Shown here: piece after piece, positions 13,590 through 25,261 of the stretch | Position numbering within the stretch: position 1 is the first letter of the stretch | Layout of the letters: the number at the start of each line of letters is the position of its first letter | Assembly: GCA_001642005.1 (NCBI GenBank) | Contig: LWCA01000011.1 | Location: forward strand, 27,475 to 91,474 | Source: Intoshia linei | Taxonomy: Eukaryota > Animalia > Orthonectida | Length of the DNA stretch: 64,000 nt | Direction: 5' to 3' | The notes under the pieces: generated by a model | Seen by the model: only the letters and a program-made list of their open reading frames with translations | Told to the model about the DNA's origin: nothing | The model's database searches: none | Translations under genes and position numbers: made by a program

Positions 13590-14754
13590 GTATTAAATTT
13601 GGTCTTTTTTCAATTCTGGGACTATTAGTTTTTTAAAATAATAAGTAATTTTGGGTTTTGACCATGAACATATAATTTTTTGAACTTAAAATGATGATAA
13701 TGTTCATGATCTGAAAATCTGTATTATGTACATTTAAAAAAATTAAATAAAATAAAATTGCCATTTTTCTAACTTAATGGTTACAGATACACATTTTTTG
13801 CAAATTTTACTTGACAAAGTAAACTTTTAAATATAATTATTATTTTCTTAAAGTTTTAAATACATTTAATTTTTTTATAAAAGTGTTTTTTTTTAAATTA
13901 TAAGATTCGTATGATTTTTAAAAAAAGGATAATTAAGGTTTTTGACCAAGAAGATATAAGTTTCTGACATTGAAATTTATCTAACTTTCTCAGCTGAAAA
14001 ATCAGACTGGGAATTTGTGTTTTTTAAAATTTGAATTATTGGAATCTTAGTTATTGAAATAAACAGACAGAAAGACAAACAAAGTGTTTTATATACAGCA
14101 GTGGTTCTCAACCTGTGTTCCGTGAAATATAAATGCGATATTTTTCAATTTAAAGTTTTTTAAAATAAATAAATTTAAAAACTATAAATTGAAAAGTTTC
14201 TAAATTAATAAAACCAAAAATCATATTTTGATATGTTTTTTTAATTAAGATAAATACGATCGGTCAACTTAATTAAAATACTTTTTTGTTTATTTTAAAT
14301 TATCTTTTTTAGAATTTAAAAATATTTATTCTAAGCCGGTTTGTCTGATTTCCTATAATTTAATTGTTCATTTTAATACATTTAGTACTTATTTTGATCA
14401 AAACAAATCATAAAATAAATTAATGTTATTTATACATAAGAAAGATCCAAATTATAAGCTTACTTGCATTGACAGCAATTAAGCATAAGAAACGGGCAAA
14501 GCTGCTGTCGGTAGAATAACTTCGTGTATGTCTCTTAAAAACACGTCCAAGAATTAAAAACCTCTGTAAAAATATCAGGCCCAAATTTCTCATTGAGAAG
14601 GAAAAATAAATTTCTTTATTAAAAATCAAATTGTTTTATAAAAATATAAAAATTTTTGATTATGCTTTTAGGTACCGCGATTTTTTGAAATTTCATAAGG
14701 GTTCCGCGCAGTAAAAAAGGTTGAGAAACACTTATATACAGTATGTAAGTTAGG
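13590..14754 (-). mobile_element. Helitron-like repeat copy whose terminus is interrupted by a hAT MITE
   Basis: Shares blocks with 6300-6630 (TTTTGACC, TTGAAATTTATCT, AGTTATTGAAATAAA). The terminal ACAGACAGAAAGACAAAC...TATGTAAGTTAGGA is split by the 14099-14733 insertion. Confidence 0.55.
14099..14733. mobile_element. hAT (Buster/Charlie-type) MITE with perfect 8-bp TSD
   Basis: TIRs CAGTGGTTCTCAACCT / AGGTTGAGAAACACTT; identical TSD ATATACAG at 14091-14098 and 14734-14741 (nnnTAnnn). Confidence 0.9.
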
Positions 14755-15334
14755 AGTTTTAACTTAGGACTAGAGTTTTTAAAATATTGCAAAATTTAAC
14801 TCAATTCTTATCTAAAATATTTATACGTGTAATTCAAATACATTGTTGTGTATTGTGCAAAGGATACAGATGATGAAGTTGATTTTTTTCATAAGGTTTC
14901 GTAAAATCGAATTTTTCTCTGATGGCTTGTAATGGTATTTTTGATTAAATTTCATTAATGATATGATAAAAGTGGGATTTTTGAAATAATAATGTATCCG
15001 TCGTCTAGGCTTTGGGATAATCCACATCTACAAACTCTGTAATAATTATTAAAAATTCTCCTATAAAAATTAACAAAAGTTGATCAAAATTTTTTTATAT
15101 TTTATTTGAATCTCACGAATCAAGGCATATAATTTTGAACCGATTTGAAATTTGACGGATCTGATCGAAATTTAACGGAATGAGATTTTTTTCATTTTTT
15201 ATTTCAGTTTTATAGTTGTAACTTTAAGTTAAAATATGTAATATATATTTAATAGTAACTGTTACTAACTTACAACAATGATGAATGAAAGCTACGCATG
15301 AGTAAATTAAATCATTAATACGAATTTAAATTTT

Positions 15335-18300
15335 ATGATGTTAAAGTTGATAATATTGGTTATAAACTGTGTGATTTTGACAAAAAGCGAGTATAGTTAC
15401 ACCAGACAGAATATAGATGACAGAAATGTGATAATACCACCTTTAATAGTAAAACAACCACCTAAAATAGTATCTTTCAAAAAATATGAAAGTTTTGAAT
15501 TGGACTGTGAAGCTGTTGGGACAGCACCAATTATTTACAAATGGAATTTTAATGGTAAAATTTTTGATCCAAGCGGCCTTGACGACAGAGTAGTAATTCA
15601 ACCTGGAATAGGCACTCTGATATTTACTCGTCCATTGAAAAGAGATGAAGGTACATACCAATGTTTTGCTTCAAACTCAGCAGGAGTCTCACTTTCGGTA
15701 GTTGTAGATTCGCGTTTAGCGATACTAGAATCATTTATCCAACAAAGCGAAACCATCCACAATGTACGCCTTGGACACCCGCTTAAACTTGATTGTATTC
15801 CACCCAAAAGTTTCCCTATAGCTTTTATATACTGGGTAAAAGAGTTGCAAGAATCCGGTATCACTATACCTGTAGAAACGTCTGATAGAATATCATTAGA
15901 CCCTGAAGGCAATTTACATTTTTCTAATGCTGTTTCTAAAGATTATAACAATGGAGGTTTTTATTCCTGTGTAGCTCAAAACGATGTTACAAGAACACAA
16001 CAAGTTGGAAGACGTCATTATATTCACCCAAATGGGAAAATTGTAGAGTTAATGAAACCCTTAATTCAATGGCAAATGGCATCGCATCATATTGTTTTAT
16101 ATGGAGAATCAATAAAATTAACCTGTATGTTTTCTGGCAGTCCAACACCAACGGTACAATGGTTTTTGAACAAGAAATATGATTTTTTAGAGTCTCCTCG
16201 ATTTAAAACAGAAAACTATGGAAGGGAATTAATAATTAGCAATGTTAAATTTGAAGATTCAAATACATACGAATGTGTTGGAACAAATTCGCAAAGTCCA
16301 ACTGGAATTCACAGATCAGTTAAACTTAAAGTAGAATCTCAACCTTATTGGCAAGAAAAGGGGAAGCCAGAATCAGTAGAAGTGTCCGAAAGTGATTCAG
16401 CAGTGTTTGTGTGTAAGGCACTAGGTTTACCCAAACCCGTGGTAAATTGGTACATTAATGGAAAAGCCATAGGTGTATTGAAAAACAACGAAAAGAGAAT
16501 CATTAAGGAAGATGTCATTACGTTTAAAAATATAAATAAACTAGATGTTGGTGTTATTCAATGCAATGCAACCAATAAACACGGGTATGTCTTTGCCAAT
16601 GCTTATTTAAATGTTTTGGAAGAAGCACCATCTATTTTAGAACACCCAAAGAAACTAACTATAATGAGTGAACAAATGAATGCTCGAATTAACTGTCTCG
16701 TTGTTGGTACACCTCAACCTATTGTTACGTGGAACAAAGGAGATGAACAATTGACGGGTGGTCGATTTTTAATAGACTTGAAAGGTCATTTAAGCATATC
16801 AAAAGTTTTTTTTGTGGATTCTGGGTTGTACACTTGTAATGCATACAATAAATTTGGTAATACTTCATCTTCCGGTAGACTAGAAGTGATCAGACGTACT
16901 CATATCATAACGAAACCTAGAGATATTGTTATTATTCGAGGATCCGAAGCTAAATTTACATGTACTGCAACAACCGATTTAAATAGAATTTCAAATTTGA
17001 AGATTGATTGGATGAAGGACGGCGAATTGTTTGATTATAAAGATTTTGATAGAGTATATAAAAACGAACAAGACAATTCATTGACCATATCCGGTACCAT
17101 TATTCATGATACCGGAAGGTACAGTTGTTATGCTTCTAATGGTATTGATTCTGATGTAGCTGACGCTAACCTTATAGTTCAAGCTAGACCCGAACCACCG
17201 ATAAAAGTGAGAAGTGAGTGTTTTGAAACCCATAATCAAGCGAAGGTGAGATGGTCCGCTGGACGAGTCAATTACTCTCCTATAATAAATTTTATTGTTG
17301 AATATAATACGTCTTTCACGCCAGATAGGTGGATTACTGCAAAAAGATATGTACCCAGTAGCATTCGTCAAATTCTCGTTAATTTATCTCCATGGAACAA
17401 TTATACCTTTAGAGTAATGGCTCAGAATAAAATAGGCGTTAGCTTACCTAGTCGTGCTTCTCCAAAAACCTGCAGAACAAATATAGGAAGACCAAAGCGA
17501 AATCCGAAAAATGTTATTGTTCAAGGCGATCTACCAGATAATCTTGTTATCTATTGGACGGTATAATCAGATTTTTTAATTTTTATAATTATTATGATAT
17601 AAGGATTTTAATATTATAGACCAGGGGTGGGGAGGTAGTGATTGTGATTTTCCAAGAAATGACAAAAGTCGAGAACTGGGAAATTAAAAATTAAATTTCC
17701 AGGGTCCCGGGAATTTTCCGGAAAAAATCAAAAATTTTGATTCATATATAATATAGAAGCATTAAAAATTTTAGAGACCCTGATTAATTTTAAAAACAAA
17801 AAGAAATTTAACGAATTTATATTGAAATTTAATAATTTAATTAGAAAAAAATTTATTTATTTTAGATTTTTTGAAAAAGTGTTTCAAAACACACATAATA
17901 TTGATAGATTCGTCTTTTAAACGCGTTCTACGTTTTGTAATGAAATTAGAAGCAGTATAGAAAATTCTTTCATTTTGTGTTGACGTAGGTTGAACGGTCA
18001 TAAGGGTTTCCTTTAATTTTAATAATCTTGATGATAGTGTTCCAGTTCGTAAAAACTCATAATATATTAATCAAAATAATATAATAATAATTGGAAAAAG
18101 AGGATAATTCCCTTAAGCGTTAGTAATTTGTGGTTGGAATAAGAGGTTTTTAAAAAAAGTATTGGAAAAAGGATATTTTTCCATTAAGGGCTGGAAAATT
18201 AAATTTTTTGGTTTGATAAAGTGGATTTTTTTCATAAGATTTTGTAAAATCGTATTTTTGAAAAGAATATCGGTGTAAGTCAACTTTTTCATGGGGGCTT

Positions 18301-20494
18301 GAAATAGTAGTTTTGATTAAATTTTATTAGTGGTGGAATTTTTGAAATGGTAAATTCTAAATATTATAATATAATTATATTTTTATAGTAATAACAAAAA
18401 TAAATCAAATACAGGTATGTTTCAATTTTTTTGGGGAAATCCTGGGAAATCGTAAAAATCCCGGAAATTTTTTATCGGCACAATCACTATGGGAGGCGAT
18501 ATAAAAAAATATGTAGAGGAGTCGGCAACCTTTTGCATTTCGTGGATCACTTTTTTTATACCAAAACATTCTACGGGCCCGGTTTTGAAAATTTACATAT
18601 GATATATTTCAATTTTAACTGAAGTGAAACTGTTTTAATATATTCTCAAAAATAAAATCCAGGTCGATCTGAAAATTCAGTATTAAAATGATTATAATGA
18701 TCCAATTATAGTAGAGGATGTTTAAAACATGAAATTTAAAAATAAATAATTTAAATATTTACTCAAATAGCCACCAAAATTATTTTGTGAGCCACTGTTG
18801 TTGAGCCTGATATAGTTTAATATATGTATATTATATTTTACACATCTTCAGTACATAAAGTCGATTATTCGTACATTAAATAACATTGTATTTTTAGCCA
18901 ATGCTGCAATCTGAACACGGGGGAAGTAAATTTCGATATTTATTGAAATGGAAAAAAGCTAATACAACTGACCAAGTTATTCCAAAAATGTGGAACACTT
19001 ATGAGATAATGAATTGGACATATAACCATTACACAATAAAAGAAGTATTTAAAACATATAAACCATACGTTGTTCAAGTAATAGCAAAAAATGAATTTGG
19101 AATTGCGGAAGAAGACGCCAAAATTATAAGAGGTTACTCGGGAGAAGGAAAACCCAAAGTTTCCGTATCCAATTTGAATTACAACAAAACTACTCTAAGT
19201 GCCAATTCGGTGAATCTACTGTGGAATGATCCGATTATAAACGATGAAACAATTAGAGGTTATTTTAGAGGATATCTTATTCAATATTGGACCGAAAATA
19301 TGCATAAAGATATTGTTCAGGAAGTTGAATATATAATAAACGAAGATATATACGCTCCTAGAATTCGACTTCCAAGACAAGTTTCTCTATTATACAATCG
19401 CACTGGTGAAACTCGAAAATTTTATCTGTCCGGCTTGCCGTCATTTACAAAGATTTATGTACACATTCGTATAATGAACAAATTTTATGTAGGTCCAGCA
19501 AGTAATTTGCTGTCGATTCACACACGCGAAGGAGGTAATGAGAATTTAAAAATTTACATAAAAGTTTAGTGCCAAACCGTGTATCTTCTTTTGTTTACAA
19601 TAAACGAGGACCTACGTTTATCCAAGTATCTTGGATTATATCTGACAATACTCTCGATCAAACTATCGTTGGCTTCAAAATCTCATTTCAAATAGGTTGA
19701 TTTGATTCGATTTAATTTTAAAAATAAACGTTTAGTTTCTAAAGAAAAAATTGAACAAAAAATTTTCGTTTCGAATAATCTACCGGCTGATGCAAATACA
19801 TTTAGAATACATGGATTAATCCCAGAAAAAAAATATAGAATAACAATTTTCGCTTTTAACATTCTTGGAATGGGTAAAGGAGCATATATAGAAGCATCTA
19901 CCACTCCTGCCACAATACCAGACCCACCCGTTTTTACAATCGAAGAAATTCGATCAACTTCTGTCTCATTTTTATATGAATCCGATCAATACAGCGAAAA
20001 CCCAGGAAGTGTTTTTTATGTTCAGTATAAAAGATTGGGTAAAAATTAAGTGACATTTTATACATATTTTTAGGTGAATATAGTTGGAAAAAAACGTTTG
20101 AGCAATCTGATTCGATAGGTACTATCAGAATCATTACACTGGATGTTAATACACCGTATGAATTTCGATTTGTCAGCAGAAATTCTATGGATTTCGTTGG
20201 CTTTTCGGAGATTATTGCTATTCAAACCAATGATCATGAAGGATTTTTCTATCCAATTTTCTATCGCACTGTATGGTTTTGGATGTCAATTATTATTATC
20301 TTCGTTTTGATTTTTATAGCGTCATTCGTCATATACTACTTTAAAATACGCCACATACGTTGGTACACAACTAGTAATTTTAACCCGTTCATTTTCAAAC
20401 TTATTTAGAAGATACATTGGCTGATAAAGTCAGGAAAATGGAAGCTCAAGAAGCAGTAAAACGAATGGGGTTTGCGGGAACCTCTCAATCGTAA
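15335..20494 (+). CDS. Nrg: Neuroglian / L1CAM-family adhesion molecule (signal peptide, 6 Ig, 5 FN3, TM, short tail)
   Basis: Exon 1 (15335-17560) encodes the signal peptide, six Ig domains and FN3-1 (LSPWNNYTFRVMAQNKIGVS). Exon 2 from 18898 carries FN3-2/3 (GYSGEGKP). Further exons across tiny introns give FN3-4/5, TM WFWMSIIIIFVLIFIASFVIYYF and a tail ending ...GFAGTSQS TAA (20492-20494). Confidence 0.92.
17636..18489 (-). mobile_element. Internally deleted hAT transposon in neuroglian intron 1, retaining the C-terminal dimerisation domain
   Basis: TIRs TAGTGATTGTG / CACAATCACTA with near-TSD TGGGGAGG / TGGGAGG. Minus strand at about 17860-18058 translates to LKLKETLMTVQPTSTQNERIFYTASNFITKRRTRLKDESINIMCVLK (hAT dimerisation motif PTS..ER.F...R.RL). 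It is inserted just inside another CAGGGGTGGG end at 17622. Confidence 0.8.
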
Positions 20495-21427
20495 CTTGCT
20501 AAAAATATGAAATTAATACATTTAAATTTAGAGTAAATATGTAAAATTCGAAAATTAAAGAATATTGCTCAATTTTGACACTAGTAAATTCAATTCCACG
20601 ATTATTGTACATTCATTTTGTTAACAAATTAAAATTTAAAATTCAAATATTAATTTCAAAAAGAAATATTTACCAATATTTTATACTTTTAAATACCATT
20701 AAGTGTTATACAATCATGGATGACTCTAGAACGGATCCCAAATTGCAAAATACACAATATAAAAAAATTCAGACAACTCGCTATTACAATCCGTGATTTA
20801 GATACGATTTATGTTAACCCTATTGACGTTTACTATTATTATTATTAATATTAATATTATAAATTATTACTAATATTTCCCCACAATATAATTATATATT
20901 TTAAATAATAATAGAGAAATTTTTTGAAGGACCAAAAAACAGACAGCTAGTTTATTTACGTTTATATACATTATATTACGGTTGAGTGCCAAAACAGTAA
21001 TTTACACAAAATAGAATTTAATAAAAAATATAAAATGAACAAGAGCCATAAAATGACATTAAAAATTATCATCCAAAAATAGGTTTTCATGAATATGTTA
21101 GTCACACAAAAATCCTAAATTGTAAATTTTTATAGCTCAACAACAAAATATTGTGTTGCTAATGTGAGTTTTGAATTTTCCAGAAAAATCTCTAAAAAAA
21201 CGCAAGAAAATTGGTAATTTAAATTGATTAAACCTACGTTAAAACGCAACTATATGTAGGATTTTAGATGTCATATTATTGAAATATACTACATTGTAGT
21301 ACATTATTTGAAATTAAAAGCACTTTAGAGTACACTTATTGATCAAAAGTGTTGAAAAATTGAAAAGTTTCAACTAAATTTCATAGAAACAACATCAAAG
21401 TTATTTTAAATTTATCAAAACAATACC

Positions 21428-24383
21428 ATGCAAGATATATTGTACTGCTATAATTATGGTTGTAATAAAAAATACAAGGCAGATGACACTGGTTTACCTG
21501 TTTTATCATAAATATTAATTATATCATTAGATACGTGTTTTTATCATAAATCTCCTCCAACATTTCATGATGCTTTAAAAATATGGCCCTGCTGTTCCAA
21601 AAAAAGTGTTGGATTTGACGAATTTCTAGCGATACCTGTATAATACTGATTTATATGATAGAATATTGATTAGGGTTGCATTTCTGGTAATCACAGTAAT
21701 ATTCGTCCCTTTACAGAAAATAAAAGCAAATCAATTAAAACTGAGGTATTATTTATTAGAAAAAATACGTCGGTTTTACCCACAATGTGATACATTGGTA
21801 ATATTAGAAGTATGCTAAATTTCGATATCAAAATGAAATCACCGGCGGTTTGAATTTAATTGTTAATTCGCAAAATGAAAGACACCCAAAGTTATTACAC
21901 ATCTCTAAAATTGTGGGAATTTTTATTTTTATTTACACATAATATTATTATTATTTTTTTGTTAATACATAATTAAACGAAATATTTATAAAACATGAAA
22001 TTAATCGAAAATTGTGGGGCATATAATATTATAGATATTATTTCAATGAGGATTTAAATATTCAACACAATTTCAACTTCAATTTTTTAATTTTGTATGG
22101 TAAACCCCTAAAAATTTTTCTAAAATTGTGTAAGAAACTATAGTTAATTTAAACCAGATACTCCTATTTTTTGAAACGTATACATCCCTTTTCGCGAACC
22201 ACCATTTAGGAAATTCTGATATAGACCACCAGTTGGGTCGGTTGTTTACATGTATTTAATTTATATTCTTTAATTATGATCTAATTTACTCAATATCTTA
22301 AATGGATTTTATTTATATTGATTAGATTGAAAAGGAACTTGATGTTGTGCATGAACCAGTAACTCAAATTGATAGACCCGATATCAATGAAGTATTATCA
22401 TGTCTGAAATTTGAAGAATCAGAAGAACTGATAAAAAAAGCTGGTACAAATCGAAAAGAATGTTCAAATGATTTAGAAAGTATTTTATTGATATATTTAG
22501 AATTCATTTATTTAGATAAGGATATTTCATGTTGTAATAATTCGTGTTCAATGGTATTTTTAAAATAAAATGTATATAAATATAATAACATGGACGGTCA
22601 AAGTGCAGGCCCAAGTTATTTTATTACTATTCAAACAGACAAGCAAAAAAATTAAAAATATCAATATGGATTTATTTCTCATGACTCCCTATAACCGTTG
22701 AGAAAAATTTGATATTACGTTTAAATTTAAAATTTTTGTATCGGTATTGATTCTTCATGATCACTGTGTATGTCGGGTCACCAAAGTTTTTTCGTCGTAG
22801 ATTTCATTTTAAATCAAACGACCCCTTAAAAACTTTTAATACATTAATTCAAAATGGAATTAACATTACTCTTCATTAGTGCAAACTTTTTTGGCGCCAC
22901 CCTTTCGAGTAAAAAAATTGCCCTACCCTTAAGAAAATATTCTACAAAAAAACTCTTTTATAAATGTTTAAAGATACTCTTATCTGTAAAATTTGTTTAA
23001 ATATAAAATAAAATATATAACAAATTTCAAAATAACACATACCCTATGGGTTCGGCCTATGAAGGTTAACACTTCATTAAACATTACAGTCACTTTATTT
23101 TAAAACTTATAATAATATTAATATATTCAGCGCCTCTCAATTTAAAAAAATTTATTTATTTAGATACGAGCAAATTAGTTAATTAATCTTTTATTTTAAT
23201 GATACAATCTTCATAATTACAATTTTTTTTTAAATTTTACATTTCATATACATGAACCAAAGTCGTATTTAAAACTAATTTATATAAAAAGTAGGGATTT
23301 TTATTACATCAACATTTGTTTCTGTTTATAAATCAAACGTCAATTTCTGAGATTGAAATTAAGATTTTTGGAATCAGCGTAAAATATGTTTTGTATATGG
23401 ATTTTACAAAACATTTTATTCAGATGGCAAAGAATAAAAATAAATAAATTCGTACCTGGATCCACTAATCGAAAAATTTCCAGGATCCAAGGGTTCCATA
23501 TTGACCCTTTGCGAACCTAATTTTTTTTGTAATGATTAATATATCGTCAAATTTAAAACTAAAAATGGTCATGAATCATGATTCATTCTAAACGTGATCT
23601 TTTGGATTTTATAACACTTATAACACCATGTCTATATTTTTAGAATAAAATTTAATTATAAGTTAGAGAAAATCAAAATTAAACGATGATTCACTAATTT
23701 GCGTATATCATCCTGGCCATCAAGTATTTCACGAAGGGTAACTTGAAATGTAACTATCTAATACTTATAGATTGAAATTCTGGTCTTGCTGTGAAAAAAA
23801 AACTACAAAATTTGATATTTTTATTCACCAAAAAGGTTGCTTTGAAGGCGAACATAATTGGGAGGTTGTATTTTCAATTTTTCAGGTAAAATTTTTACTT
23901 TAGAAAAAATTAATCCAAAAAGAATGCAAAATGGATTGGTCAAACTCAACTAAAGACGTTGTTATAGCTTTATATTCTAAAATGCCAGTTGTTCCATTAT
24001 GTACTATTAAAGGTGAACATAATTAATTATTTACTTGACTCTTTAAAAGTATATTCCAGGTAGTAACAAGATTTTAGTAATTATCAAACCTGATATATTG
24101 AGGGAACAATGTTTTTATAGCCCTTGGAATATACAATTTGATATTTTTTAATTCTACATTTTAGCCAACAGAATAAAAATATGCATCGATTTAGTGTATG
24201 AAAATGGCAAATCAATTTTAAAAAAAGAATTAGAATTATACGAGGTTGATGGATTTATCTAATTATATAATAATTCAGAGCATCGACCCGATCCTTTCGT
24301 ATGTGCGTTACAGTCATATGAAAACAGAAATAATACTGTGTAAGGAAATACCAAAGCCATGGGACAAATTAACAGTATCATAA
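21428..24383 (+). CDS. CHORDC1: Cysteine- and histidine-rich domain protein (CHORD-CHORD-CS; CHP-1/Morgana), multi-exon
   Basis: CHORD1 MQDILYCYNYGCNKKY...CFYHKSPPTFHDALKIWPCC...FDEFLAIP|GC; CHORD2 CCNNSC...CVYHPGHQVFHEG|LKFWSCC...GCFEGEHNW; CS domain CKMDWSNS...KTEIILCKEIPKPWDKLTVS TAA 24381-24383. Confidence 0.9.
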
Positions 24384-24414
24384 TAAAAATTTATTTTAAA
24401 ATACATTTTATCAA

Positions 24415-25185
24415 TTAATTTTGTTTCAATTGGTCAAGACGGTTTTGTAAATCGTCCGTATCATTAGTAATTATAGAATCATTCACACATGGTCGTTGGT
24501 GTATCTCTAATCTACAATTAATTTATATCGATATGTTGAACCTGATAGTTTTTCATTTATTTCTGCTGATATTTCCCCAATAATTGCTTCCGTTACGTCA
24601 TCACTAATAGAATAAGGTAAATTAGAAATAAACGTCAAACCCTTCTTCCTCAACTCCTTCGTCAAATGCTATTTCCATGGCATCATCTAGAGTTTCAGAT
24701 TTGGCGTCCGTAATTTCGTTCTCACGTTGAAAATTATACATGATGCTTTGTAATTCGGGTAAATTTACCTATATAGTTAATATCTGAAAAATTTGACAAA
24801 CTTGTTTATTGATGGATTTCAACGCAGAACTGGTACTTTTGAGAGCATGTGTTAATTCTGTTATTGACATGACGGTGCTGAGCTTAACACTCACAGCTTG
24901 GATATGTGATTCAAGTATGGCTGTTTTGGTAATATTACGACGTGTTTGAGCTAATTGTTTAGCCAAGGTTCTGGCTGCAGTCTATTAAATGTATGCATTT
25001 AGTTTATAAATGTATACGGGTTTATCATCCTGTAACATTTTTTTAATTTTGGGTTTTAAAGAATTTTCAATTCTGACAAGGCGAGTATTTAATTGGCCGA
25101 CTTGTCTTAATGTTTTCTTAATTAAGCGATCGTTTTTTCTAATTTTTTCCCTTGGAGTTTCCCTGCCAAATAGTGATTTTAACAT
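24415..25185 (-). CDS. CHMP2A: ESCRT-III subunit CHMP2A/Vps2-like (Snf7 family)
   Basis: MLKSLFGRETPREKIRKN...AKQLAQTRR...IQAVSVKL...NLPELQSIMYNFQRENEI, with C-terminal MIM1 DDLQNRLDQLKQN and stop at 24415-24417. Confidence 0.85.
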
Positions 25186-25261
25186 TGCTGTAAATGAATT
25201 TAATTCGTTATAGAGATAAATGCTAGGGAATTGAATACAATTTCACATATTGTTTATTTGA

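Noticed and set aside
15443-17371. Antisense ORFs within neuroglian (likewise those within TAMM41, CPT2, ATL and SYMPK, and 53044-53259 opposite SERINC)
   Set aside because: Shadow ORFs on the opposite strand or in alternative frames of real exons, with no independent motifs.
20575-20796. ORF downstream of neuroglian as the missing cytoplasmic exon
   Set aside because: It has no FIGQY-like or other L1-tail motif and no convincing in-phase acceptor.
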